A stretch of DNA of 64,000 bases from Chloroflexota bacterium (GTDB lineage: Bacteria; Chloroflexota; Limnocylindria; Limnocylindrales; CSP1-4), in the NCBI GenBank assembly GCA_040752335.1, contig JBFMEV010000014.1:575-64574 (forward strand), written 5' to 3'. Every line of letters starts with the position of its first letter. Within the stretch, counting starts at the first letter, position 1. Positions 1 through 8,753 of this stretch are shown piece by piece. The notes below the pieces were generated by a model, which ran no database searches, was not told the origin of the DNA, and was given only the letters and a program-made list of their open reading frames with translations. The position numbers were made by a program, and so were the translations under genes.

Positions 1-1188
1 CGGGGTCGCGCTCGGCCGGCTGGCCTTGTAGAGGGCGATCGCGCCGGTCACGTGCGGGGCCGCCATGGACGTCCCCGACGACCAGCCGTAGGTGTTGCCG
101 GGCTTGGTGCTCCAGATGCACTTGCCGGGGGCGATGAGATCGACATCGGGGCCGTAGTTCGAGAAGTCGGCGAAGGTGTCGTCGACGTCGTAGCCGCCCC
201 AGCTCCAGCACTTGTCGCCACCCAGGCCACCGGCCCTCCCGTCCATGTCGGCGAGGGCCGAGACCGTGATCACCTCGTCGTACGCGGCCGGCACGCGCTT
301 GGATGCCGGGCCGGAATCGTTCGCGGCGGCCGCGACCACGGTGACGCCGCTGGCGACGAGCCGGCAGATCGCCGCGTGGAGGATGTCGCCGTTGCCGGCC
401 CCGCAGGCGCCGTCGTCCGAGCCCCACTTGGCGACGCTCATGTTCACGGCCTCGAACAGCGGCTGGGAGGCGTCCGACGCGTCGCGCTGGGCGGCGATCC
501 AGTCGAGGCCGCAGATGTACCAGGACAGGAGGCCGGTGCCGTCAGCCGACAGGATTCGCACGGCCCACAGGCGGGCGCCGGGGGCCACGCCCACGACCCC
601 GATCGTGTTGTCCTTCGCCGCGATCGTGCCGGCGACATGGGTCCCGTGGCCGTTGCCGTCCTGCCAGGCTGACGGATCGGCGGACGTGCAGTTCATTCCG
701 CCGGCAACGTTGAGGTCCGGGTGCGAGGCGTCGATGCCGGTGTCAACCACGGCCACGTCGGCATCGACCCGCTCATCGAGGCCGTCGATCTTCGCCGCCG
801 GCGACGTCCGGCCGCCGACCCGGGCGACACCCGTGGGCATCGACTGCGACGTCAGGGCGATCACCTCGTCGGGAACGACCGAGGCGACCTCGGGGTCGGC
901 CTGGAGTTGCCGGACCTGGCCCGGCGTGAGCTCGGCGGAGAAGCCGGCGAGGAGATGCTCGTAGCGCCGGCCGGCCGAGATCGCGTTGCGGCCGACGACG
1001 TGGTCGATCGCCGCCGCGTTGCGCTTCGCGGCCTCGCCCCCGGCCGCGTCGACGCTGGCCTCGCCGCCGGCGACGAGGGTCACGATGTACGGCTGCGTCG
1101 GAGGCGCGGCATCCGCGCCGAGGGTGGCGACGGGCGCGGCCACGGACAGGGCGAGGAGCAGCGCCAGGGCGGCGACGGGACGGGACAT
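1..1188 (-). CDS. S8 (subtilisin-like) secreted serine peptidase, 3' end beyond window edge
   Basis: Manual translation (absent from the ORF track because it has no stop in the window). ATG at 1188 gives MSRPVAALALLLALSVAAP (signal peptide), then catalytic motifs VAVVDTGID, DGNGHGTHVAGTIAA and SGTSMAAPHVTG. Confidence 0.93.
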   Translation of the reverse strand, partial: MSRPVAALALLLALSVAAPVATLGADAAPPTQPYIVTLVAGGEASVDAAGGEAAKRNAAAIDHVVGRNAISAGRRYEHLLAGFSAELTPGQVRQLQADPEVASVVPDEVIALTSQSMPTGVARVGGRTSPAAKIDGLDERVDADVAVVDTGIDASHPDLNVAGGMNCTSADPSAWQDGNGHGTHVAGTIAAKDNTIGVVGVAPGARLWAVRILSADGTGLLSWYICGLDWIAAQRDASDASQPLFEAVNMSVAKWGSDDGACGAGNGDILHAAICRLVASGVTVVAAAANDSGPASKRVPAAYDEVITVSALADMDGRAGGLGGDKCWSWGGYDVDDTFADFSNYGPDVDLIAPGKCIWSTKPGNTYGWSSGTSMAAPHVTGAIALYKASRPSATP

Positions 1189-1511
1189 CCGAGCTCCACC
1201 GGTTGCGGCTGGACGGCTCCGACCACTCGACCGCTGGGCGAGCGCGGCGCCGGGATCAACCTTCCTCCGATGAGGCCGCGATTCGAAGTGGCCCGATGGT
1301 CAGGGACGGCCCGGTCTTTCGGGCTGGGTCGGGACGGAACGTGCCCGCCGTGCGACCCCGGGCAGCCGTGGGTACTGCCCCCGAATCGAACCGAAGTACG
1401 GCTTGGCGCAACTCCCGCGGACCCGTACGTTCTCGTCAGCAACGAGCCGGACCGCACCCGTCACCACCGGATCGGGCCGCACGGCAACATCAGTTGGATC
1501 GAAAGGCGACC

Positions 1512-1712
1512 ATGGCAATGGCCTCGATGGCTATCAACGAACTCGGGCCCATGCTCACCGCCACCGAAGTCGCGGAGATGCTCCATCTCCACGTCAACAC
1601 GGTGAAACGGCTCGGCGACCGCGGCGAGCTCCCGTTCTACCGGGTCTGCAAGCGCGGCGATCGCCGGTTCCGGCTCGAGGACGTTCTCCGCTTCCTCCAC
1701 CAGAACCGCTAG
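1512..1712 (+). CDS. Small HTH_17/excisionase-like (BldC-like, MerR superfamily) DNA-binding protein, 66 aa
   Basis: MLTATEVAEMLHLHVNTVKRLGDRGELPFYRVCKRGDRRFRLEDV; GAAAGG just upstream of ATG 1512. Confidence 0.88.
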   Translation: MAMASMAINELGPMLTATEVAEMLHLHVNTVKRLGDRGELPFYRVCKRGDRRFRLEDVLRFLHQNR

Positions 1713-1733
1713 GCGCAGGGCGCCGGACGGGGG

Positions 1734-3032
1734 TCAGACCGTCCGGAGCGCCTCCCCGAAGATCTCCAGCGCCTCGGACACCTCCGCGGCGCTGACGTCC
1801 AAGGGCGGGATCCAGCGCACCACCTGGTGCTGCGGCCCGCACGACAGGACGAGCAACCCGAGGTCCGCCGAGCGGGCCACGAGCCCTTCCACGAGCGCGC
1901 CGTCGGGCGCCTTCGTGGCCGGGTCGGCGACGAACTCCACCCCGACCATGAGGCCGGGCCCGCGCACGTTCCCGATCCGTTCGTCCTCGGCGGCCAGGCG
2001 ACCCAGGCCGGCCGAGAGCTCCAGCCCGCGGGCCGCGGCGTTGGCGATGAGCTCCTCGCCCTCGATCGTGTCGAGGACCGCGAGGGCCGCCGCGCAGGCG
2101 ACCGGGTTGCCGCCGTAGGTCGAGCCGTGGGCGCCCCGGCCCCAGCGCTCCTGGAGCTCGCGGCGGGTGGCGATCGCCGCCAGCGGCAGGCCGTTCGCGA
2201 TTGCCTTGGCGATGCAGACGACGTCGGGGACGACGCCGGCGTGCTCGAAGCCCCACATCCGGCCGGTCCGGCCGTAGCCCGTCTGGACCTCGTCGGCGAC
2301 GAGAAGGATCCCGTGCTCGTCGCAGATCGCCCGGAGGCCGCGGAGGAAGGCCGGCGGCGCCGGCAGATATCCGCCCTCGCCCTGGACCGGCTCGATGAAG
2401 ATCGCGGCCACCGAGGCGGCCGGGACAACGCTCGCCAGCATCGTCCGGAGGCGGGCCAGCGAGACCTCGGTCGCGCGCGCCTCGTCGCCATCGAACTCGC
2501 GCCATGCCTGCGGGAACGGCGCGAGATAGACGGACGGGACGAGCGGCTCGTAGCCCAGGCGGTAGTTCGGCGAGGAGCTGGTGATCGAGGTCGCGCCGTA
2601 GGTCCGTCCGTGGAAGGCACCCTGGAAGGCGATGATCGCCGGCCGACCGGTGACCCGCCGGGCCAGCTTCATCGCCCCGTCGATGGCTTCCGAGCCCGAG
2701 TTCAGGAGAAAGATCGAATCGATCGGGTCGGGCAGGGTCGCGGCCAGCCGATTCGCGAGGCGGGAGACGGGCTCGGAGAACCCGATCGCCCCGGTCGGAC
2801 CGATGAGCCGTTCGACCTGGGCGTGGATCGCCGCGGTCACTGCGGGGTGGGCGTGGCCAAGGGCCGTCACGGCGATGCCATTGGCGAAGTCGAGGTAGGC
2901 CTTGCCGCTCGTGTCGTACAGCCGATGGCCGAGGCCGTGACTCCACGACCGCTCGAAGTACCGGCCCAGGACGGGCGTCAGGTGTCCACCGGCAAGCGCG
3001 GCGAGATCGACGTGGTCGGTCGGAGTTGCCAT
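1734..3032 (-). CDS. Class-III PLP aminotransferase (4-aminobutyrate/acetylornithine aminotransferase-like)
   Basis: NSGSEA, FHGRT, EPVQGEGG, DEVQTGYGRTG and PLP lysine in CIAKAIANG; TATACT 8 nt before ATG. Confidence 0.92.
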   Translation of the reverse strand: MATPTDHVDLAALAGGHLTPVLGRYFERSWSHGLGHRLYDTSGKAYLDFANGIAVTALGHAHPAVTAAIHAQVERLIGPTGAIGFSEPVSRLANRLAATLPDPIDSIFLLNSGSEAIDGAMKLARRVTGRPAIIAFQGAFHGRTYGATSITSSSPNYRLGYEPLVPSVYLAPFPQAWREFDGDEARATEVSLARLRTMLASVVPAASVAAIFIEPVQGEGGYLPAPPAFLRGLRAICDEHGILLVADEVQTGYGRTGRMWGFEHAGVVPDVVCIAKAIANGLPLAAIATRRELQERWGRGAHGSTYGGNPVACAAALAVLDTIEGEELIANAAARGLELSAGLGRLAAEDERIGNVRGPGLMVGVEFVADPATKAPDGALVEGLVARSADLGLLVLSCGPQHQVVRWIPPLDVSAAEVSEALEIFGEALRTV

Positions 3033-3088
3033 GGCCCGCGAGTATAGGGCCGGCGCCGATCCGGCCCGGGGCGCGCCGTGATCCGGCC

Positions 3089-3132
3089 GTGGCCATCGAC
3101 CTCCGGCTGACCGACGTGAACCGCACGGTCCA
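3089..3132 (+). repeat. Degenerate copy (40/44 nt) of the first 44 nt of the acyl-CoA dehydrogenase gene at 5437
   Basis: gtggccatcgacctccggctgaccgacgtgaaccgcacggtcca vs gtggccatcgacctccgcctgaccgacgagaaccgcctggtcca (5437-5480). Confidence 0.9.
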
Positions 3133-3186
3133 TCGAGGGGGCCCCCGAGTCGAGGCAGCTCAGCGGAGCGGTTCGCCGGGTATGGC

Positions 3187-4596
3187 TCAGTCGTCCAGGA
3201 CCCGGGCCAGGTCGGCGATCAGGTCGTCGGCGTGTTCGCCGCCGACGGACAGTCGGATCTGGCCGCTCGGGACGGCGGCCAGGGCGCGGCCTTCCTCGCC
3301 CTGCTGCTGGTGAGTCGAGATGGCCGGGATCGTGGCCACGGACTTGACCCGCCCGAGGTCGGTCGCTCGCCAGATGAGCTCGAATCGGTCGAAGATTCGC
3401 CGAGCGGCCAAGGCGCCGCCGCGGACAGTGAAGGCGAGCAGCGAGCCGTAGCGGTTGGCCGGCCGTCCGGTCGCGTCGCCGTCGGCCAGCCACATGTCCC
3501 GGGTCGCGAGGTCGTAGCCGGGCTGGCCGGGCAGGCCGGGGTAGGCGACCGACTCGACCGCCGGGTGGCCGTCCAGGAACCGGGCCACGGCCAGCGTCGT
3601 GGCGCTCCAGGCGTCCATGCGCAGGCGCAGGTCGCGGAGATCGGACAGGATGGCCATGGCAGAGAGCGGAGCCAACCCGCCGCCGTGATCGCGGGCCGGC
3701 AGGAGCTTGACCCACCGCGCGAAGTCGGCCCGCTGCTCGTCGGTCCCGGCGACCCAGACGAGGTCGTGGCGGGCGATGAGGGCCCCACCGATGGCCAGGC
3801 CACTGCCACCGATGGCCTTGGAGAGCGAGTGAACGACGATGTCCGCCCCGAGGCCGAGCGGCCGCAGGAGGGCCGGCGTGGCGACCGTCGAGTCGACGAT
3901 CAGGGGAAGGCCGCGGGCGTGGGCGATCTCGGCCACGGCCGCCGTGTCGAACATGGCCAGGGCCGGGTTGCTGGGCAGCTCGCCGTAGACGAAGCGGGTG
4001 CTCTCGTCGATGACGCAGTCCCAAGCGGCGAGATCCATGGGGTCGGTGACCCAGCGGATGTCGATACCGCGCTCCCGGCCGTAGCGCTCGGAGAAGAGCA
4101 TGAACGTGCCGCCGTAGCACTTCGCCGAGACGACGATGTTCGGGCGCGGCGCACTCGAGCCGCGGTCAGCCAGGAAGGGGCTGGTGGCGATGTGGATCGC
4201 GGCCATGCCCGAGGCCGCCACGTGGGCCGAGGCCGTCAAGCGGGTCCCATACGTCTCGAGCAGAGCAAGCGTCTCTTCCAGGTAGTGGAGGGTCGGGTTC
4301 GCGATCCGGGTGTAGCCCCAGGCCGGCATCCGATAGGCCAGGGCCGTTTCCAGCTGGTCGCTGTCGACGAAGTGCTGGGCCGGGCTCAGGTAGGTCGGCT
4401 CCAGGATGCTGCCCTGGTTGTCGAGGGCGGCGGCCATGTCGTAGACGCCATGGACCGCGATCGTGTCGAAGCGCATCCGGCGCATCCGTGCCCGGCGGGC
4501 CTCCTCGGCCGCGGCGAGATCCTCACCGACCGCGGCCCAGCGGTCGACTCCGGGCGAGGGGTCCAGGGTGGGGGCGGCGAGCGCATCGATAGACAA
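3187..4596 (-). CDS. Cys/Met metabolism PLP-dependent enzyme (O-acylhomoserine sulfhydrylase / gamma-lyase family)
   Basis: YTRIANPT, ASGMAAI, LIVDST, VHSLSKAIGG (PLP Lys), IRLSVGGE; start placed at TTG 4596 behind GGAGG. Confidence 0.88.
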   Translation of the reverse strand: MSIDALAAPTLDPSPGVDRWAAVGEDLAAAEEARRARMRRMRFDTIAVHGVYDMAAALDNQGSILEPTYLSPAQHFVDSDQLETALAYRMPAWGYTRIANPTLHYLEETLALLETYGTRLTASAHVAASGMAAIHIATSPFLADRGSSAPRPNIVVSAKCYGGTFMLFSERYGRERGIDIRWVTDPMDLAAWDCVIDESTRFVYGELPSNPALAMFDTAAVAEIAHARGLPLIVDSTVATPALLRPLGLGADIVVHSLSKAIGGSGLAIGGALIARHDLVWVAGTDEQRADFARWVKLLPARDHGGGLAPLSAMAILSDLRDLRLRMDAWSATTLAVARFLDGHPAVESVAYPGLPGQPGYDLATRDMWLADGDATGRPANRYGSLLAFTVRGGALAARRIFDRFELIWRATDLGRVKSVATIPAISTHQQQGEEGRALAAVPSGQIRLSVGGEHADDLIADLARVLDD

Positions 4597-4610
4597 GGCG
4601 AGCCTCCGGT

Positions 4611-5096
4611 TCAGATGGGAAGGGCGGTCGTGCGCTTGACTTCGGCCAGAACCAGGCTGGTCTGGATCCGGGCGACGCCCGGCAGGGGGGTGAGCTTCTC
4701 GACGACGAACCGCTCGAGCGCGCGGCGATCGGGCAGGGCGACCTTGAGGACGTAGTCGAACGGCCCGGTCACGTGGTGGCACTCGAGCACCTCCGGCATC
4801 CGGCCCAGGAGCTCGCGGGTCCGGTTGACCCGCTCGGCGTCGTGGAGCTGCATGCCGACACTGATGAGGCAGAGCAGGTCGAAGCCCGCCTTCTCGATGT
4901 CGACGATCGCCGCGTAGCCTTGGATGACGCCGGCCGACTCGAGGCGACGGACCCGGGCATGCGTGGCGGCGGGGGACAGGCCAATCCGGCGGGCGAGATC
5001 CAGGTTGGACAGGCGTCCGTCCAGCTGGAGCGTCCGAAGGATCGATCGGTCGAGGTCGTCGAAGGGCTGGGCGTACACGGGCCCACCGTCAGTCAT
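4611..5096 (-). CDS. Lrp/AsnC family transcriptional regulator
   Basis: DDLDRSILRTLQLDGRLSNLDLARRIGLSPAATHARVRRLE; C-terminal ECHHVTGPFDYVLKV. Confidence 0.95.
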   Translation of the reverse strand: MTDGGPVYAQPFDDLDRSILRTLQLDGRLSNLDLARRIGLSPAATHARVRRLESAGVIQGYAAIVDIEKAGFDLLCLISVGMQLHDAERVNRTRELLGRMPEVLECHHVTGPFDYVLKVALPDRRALERFVVEKLTPLPGVARIQTSLVLAEVKRTTALPI

Positions 5097-5320
5097 TGGA
5101 TCGCCTCCGTCAACGGATGTTCGACACTACCAGACTTCTTCCGAATACTAGATGGTGAACAACCACATGTACCGAAGGATATTCTGTCCACAGCGAGTTG
5201 CCGCACGGCTGGCCCGCCCGAAGACACGGCGCGGTCCAGGTCACGTCCGGGACGGTCTTGGCCCGCGACAGGAGGACTGGGCTCGCTGCCGATCCGCGTG
5301 TCGAGGGCGAAGTCCATTCT

Positions 5321-5370
5321 TGATGCCCGTTGTCGCATCACGGCGGTGGTTGATGCTGCAACGGACATCA
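5321..5370. promoter_or_regulatory. Two 20-bp pseudo-palindromes TGATGC-N8-(G/A)CATCA, 30 bp apart; candidate operator
   Basis: tgatgcccgttgtcgcatca (5321-5340) and tgatgctgcaacggacatca (5351-5370), which are also near reverse complements of each other; lies between divergent lrp and acyl-CoA dehydrogenase genes. Confidence 0.55.
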
Positions 5371-5436
5371 GCTGCCGGGCGCGGTTTCGACGGAACCGGC
5401 TGAGCATCGCTCGCGGGACGTGCCATCATCGGGCCC

Positions 5437-6675
5437 GTGGCCATCGACCTCCGCCTGACCGACGAGAACCGCCTGGTCCAGGCGACCGTCCGCGACTTCG
5501 CCGAGCGGGAGATCGACCCCTACATTCGCGAGTGGGACGCGAATGGCGAGGTCCACCGCGAGATCTTCGCGAAGATGGCCGAGATCGGCCTCCTGGGCGC
5601 GCCGATCCACGAGCAATGGGGCGGCGCCGGCATGGACTACACCAGCTTCGCGATCATCTGCGAGGAGCTGGAGCGGGCGGACACCGCCTTCCGGGTCGTC
5701 CAGAGCGTCCACGTCGGGCTGAACTCGCTGACCCTGATGCAGTGGGCCACCGAGGACCAGAAGCAGCGCTGGCTGGTGCCCCAGGCCCGGGGCGAGAAGC
5801 TGGCGACGTTCGGGCTGACCGAGCCGGGTGTCGGGACGGACGCGGCGAACCTCGCCACGACGGCGGGCCGCGACGGCGACGCCTATGTCCTCAACGGCGA
5901 GAAGATCTGGATCAGTCTGGCCGACATCGCCGACCATTTCCTCGTCTTCGCCTCGGTCGATCGATCGCTCAAGCACAAGGGCATCACGGCCTTCGTCCTG
6001 GAGCGGGGGATGCCCGGCCTGACAACGGGCACGCTCCACGGCAAGCTCGGGATCCGGGCCGGCAACACCGGCACGATCCAGATGCAGAACGTCCGGGTCC
6101 CGCTCGAGCACCGGATCGGCGAGGAGGGCGAGGGCTTCCTTATCGCCATGAGCGCCATCGACCAGGGCCGGTTCACCGTTGCGGCCGGGAACGTCGGCCT
6201 GGCCCAGGCGTGCCTCGACGCGTCCCTCCGCTACGCCCACGAGCGCCACACCTTCGGCGAGGAGATCGGGCGCCACCAGCTCGTCAAGCAGATGCTGGCG
6301 AAGATGGTCGCCGGCATCGAGGCCGGCCGGCTCCTCGTCTGGCGGGCGGCGTTCCTGAAGAACCATGGCGTCCGGAACACCCGCGAGACGTCGCTGGCGA
6401 AGTGGCACGCCACCGACCACGCGGTCGCCAGCGCCCTCGACGCGATCCAGATCCACGGCGCCAACGGCTACTCCAACGAGTTTCCGGTGGAGCGCTACCT
6501 CCGCAACTCGAAGGCGGCCGTCATCTACGAGGGCACAAGCCAGCTCCACACCCTCATCCAGGCCGACTATGCCCTGGGCTACCGCGAGGACCGGCCGCTC
6601 CGCTGCGAGCCACTGCCGGCCCAGGGCTACGAGCGGCTGCCGGTGTCAACGGCGGCTGCGGCCGGGCGCGCCTGA
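5437..6675 (+). CDS. Acyl-CoA dehydrogenase
   Basis: FGLTEPGVGTDA, LNGEKIWIS, KLGIRAG, QIHGANGYSNEFPVERYLRNSKAAVIYEGTSQ. Confidence 0.95.
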   Translation: MAIDLRLTDENRLVQATVRDFAEREIDPYIREWDANGEVHREIFAKMAEIGLLGAPIHEQWGGAGMDYTSFAIICEELERADTAFRVVQSVHVGLNSLTLMQWATEDQKQRWLVPQARGEKLATFGLTEPGVGTDAANLATTAGRDGDAYVLNGEKIWISLADIADHFLVFASVDRSLKHKGITAFVLERGMPGLTTGTLHGKLGIRAGNTGTIQMQNVRVPLEHRIGEEGEGFLIAMSAIDQGRFTVAAGNVGLAQACLDASLRYAHERHTFGEEIGRHQLVKQMLAKMVAGIEAGRLLVWRAAFLKNHGVRNTRETSLAKWHATDHAVASALDAIQIHGANGYSNEFPVERYLRNSKAAVIYEGTSQLHTLIQADYALGYREDRPLRCEPLPAQGYERLPVSTAAAAGRA

Positions 6676-6707
6676 CGGACTCCGCGAGGCCCGCGCCGGC
6701 CGTCACC

Positions 6708-8753
6708 GTGGGGCCGTTCAGCCCCGACGAGCTCCGGACGCTTGCCGTCCTCGCCGAGACGTTCGTCCCGACCGCCGACGGGCCGCGGATCGCCGCGCTC
6801 GCGGCCGAAGCGCTCGTCCGGGCGGCCGACCCGGACCAGGTCCGCCAGCTCCGCCTGGTCCTGGGCCTCCTGGAGACGCCCCTCGTCAACCTCCTGACCG
6901 CCGGCCGGTGGCGGGGCCTGTCACGGCTCCCGCCGCGGGAGCGGGAGCGGCTGCTGCTCCGCTGGGCCCACTCGCCGATCGACCTGAAGCGGTCTGGCTT
7001 CCAGGCCTTCCGGAAGCTCCTGTCGTTCCTCGCTTACGCGGTGCCGGCGCCCGATTCGACGGGCCGCGAATCGGGGCCGCTCTCGACCGTCGACTACCGG
7101 CCGGACGGGCCTCCGACGACCGAGGCACCGACGCCGGTGCGGGTCATCGACGTCGATCGGTCAGCCGGCGGCACGACGGTCGAGCTGGAGGCCGACGTCA
7201 TCGTCGTGGGCTCCGGGGCGGGCGGCGGGGTCGTCGCGGCCGAGCTCGCCGCAGCCGGGCGGAGCGTCCTCGTCCTCGAGGCCGGGCCGTTCGTCGACGA
7301 GGCGACGATGCCGCGGACCGAGCTCGACGCCTTTTCCCGGCTGTACCTGAATCACGGGCTGCTGACGACCTGGGACGCGTCGATCAGCCTGCTTGCCGGC
7401 TCGGCCGTCGGCGGCGGGACCGTCGTCAACTGGACGACCTCGGTCGACATCCCGCGCGGCGTCCGCCGAGAGTGGGCCCGCGACCATGGCCTCGACGGTG
7501 TCGACGGCTCGGAGTGGGCCGGCGACCGCGAGGCGATCGAGCGGGAGCTGGGCGTGGCCCCGGCCGCCGCTGCGGCGCCAAAGGACGCGGCGTTGTCCCG
7601 TGGCGCGACGACCCTGGGCTGGGAGGTCGCGCCGACCCGGCGCAACGCGGTCGGCTGCGATGATTGTGGGGCCTGCCCGTTCGGCTGCCCGCGCGGCACC
7701 AAGCAGAGCGGCCTGCGGGTCCACCTCGCCGCGGCCGTCGGGGCGGGGGCTCGCATCGTCGACCGCGTCCGGGTGACCCGGCTGCTGCTCGACGGCGATG
7801 CCGTGGCCGGCGTCGACGCCAACCTCCTCGTGACCGACCCGGCCACCGGGATGCCCGTCCTTGCCCGGCCCGGCGACCCGACGGCAGCTCGGTCACGCCG
7901 GCTCGTCGCCCGGGCGCGACAGGTCGTCCTCGCCGCCGGCGCTCTCCGGAGCCCCCAGGTCCTCCAGCAGACCGGCCCGACCCACCGGGCGGTCGGGCGG
8001 TACCTCCGGCTCCACCCGGTGCCCGTCATCGCCGGGCGATACGCCGAGCCGATCCACATGTGGCGGGGCGTGATGCAGGCGGCTCGCTCGGCGGAGTTCA
8101 CCGAGCCGGCGGCCGGGCGCGAGGGCTACGTCATCGAATCCGCGCCGGGCCATCCCGGGCTCCTGGCCCTGGCCCTGCCATGGGACGGCGCGACCGACCA
8201 CGCGGACTGGCTCGGCGACGGCCACCGGATCGGGCCGCTCATCGCCGTGACCCGCGACGGCGGCTCTGGCCGGGTGTCGGTGACGCCGGCCGGCCGCGTC
8301 CGGATCGACTACGAGCTTGACGACATCGGGGTGGCGACTCTTCGGCACGCCCTGGGCTCGATGGCCCGGATCGCGCGGGCCGCCGGGGCGGTCGAGATCG
8401 CGGCGGCCTCGACGCCGCTCGTCCGACATCGGGTCGACGGCGGCCCCGACGAGGCGCTCCGGTTCGGTGACTTCCTGGAGGACCTCGGACGGCTCGACTT
8501 CGGATCGAACCGCGGCTCGGTCTTCTCGGCTCACCAGATGGGCACGGTCCGGATGGGCGCGGAGCCCGCGGGTCACGCGGCCGACGAGCGTGGCCGCGTT
8601 CGCGGGCCGGACGGCCGCCCGATCCGAGGCCTCTACGTGGCCGACAGCTCGACCTTCCCGACGGGGATCGGGGTCAACCCGATGCTGGCGGTCATGACGA
8701 TGGCGAGGCGGGTCGCCCGGACCGTCAGGGCCGAGGGACGGGCCTCGGGCTGA
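6708..8753 (+). CDS. GMC family FAD oxidoreductase (long-chain alcohol oxidase-like)
   Basis: VIVVGSGAGGG FAD motif, LAGSAVGGGTVVNW, CPFGC, SAHQMGTVRMG, YVADSSTFPTGIGVNPML; start uncertain (GTG 6708). Confidence 0.9.
   Translation: MGPFSPDELRTLAVLAETFVPTADGPRIAALAAEALVRAADPDQVRQLRLVLGLLETPLVNLLTAGRWRGLSRLPPRERERLLLRWAHSPIDLKRSGFQAFRKLLSFLAYAVPAPDSTGRESGPLSTVDYRPDGPPTTEAPTPVRVIDVDRSAGGTTVELEADVIVVGSGAGGGVVAAELAAAGRSVLVLEAGPFVDEATMPRTELDAFSRLYLNHGLLTTWDASISLLAGSAVGGGTVVNWTTSVDIPRGVRREWARDHGLDGVDGSEWAGDREAIERELGVAPAAAAAPKDAALSRGATTLGWEVAPTRRNAVGCDDCGACPFGCPRGTKQSGLRVHLAAAVGAGARIVDRVRVTRLLLDGDAVAGVDANLLVTDPATGMPVLARPGDPTAARSRRLVARARQVVLAAGALRSPQVLQQTGPTHRAVGRYLRLHPVPVIAGRYAEPIHMWRGVMQAARSAEFTEPAAGREGYVIESAPGHPGLLALALPWDGATDHADWLGDGHRIGPLIAVTRDGGSGRVSVTPAGRVRIDYELDDIGVATLRHALGSMARIARAAGAVEIAAASTPLVRHRVDGGPDEALRFGDFLEDLGRLDFGSNRGSVFSAHQMGTVRMGAEPAGHAADERGRVRGPDGRPIRGLYVADSSTFPTGIGVNPMLAVMTMARRVARTVRAEGRASG

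Noticed and set aside
5097-5436. Possible SAM riboswitch upstream of lrp and the Cys/Met enzyme
   Set aside because: Only a GCATCAAGA fragment matches; the other conserved SAM-I/IV elements were not found.
4773-6707. Apparent 1326-aa GMC fusion and 1609-aa CarB extension in the ORF track
   Set aside because: The upstream parts overlap other real genes in different frames and are Arg/Pro/Gly-rich noise; the true starts are near 6708 and 59574.
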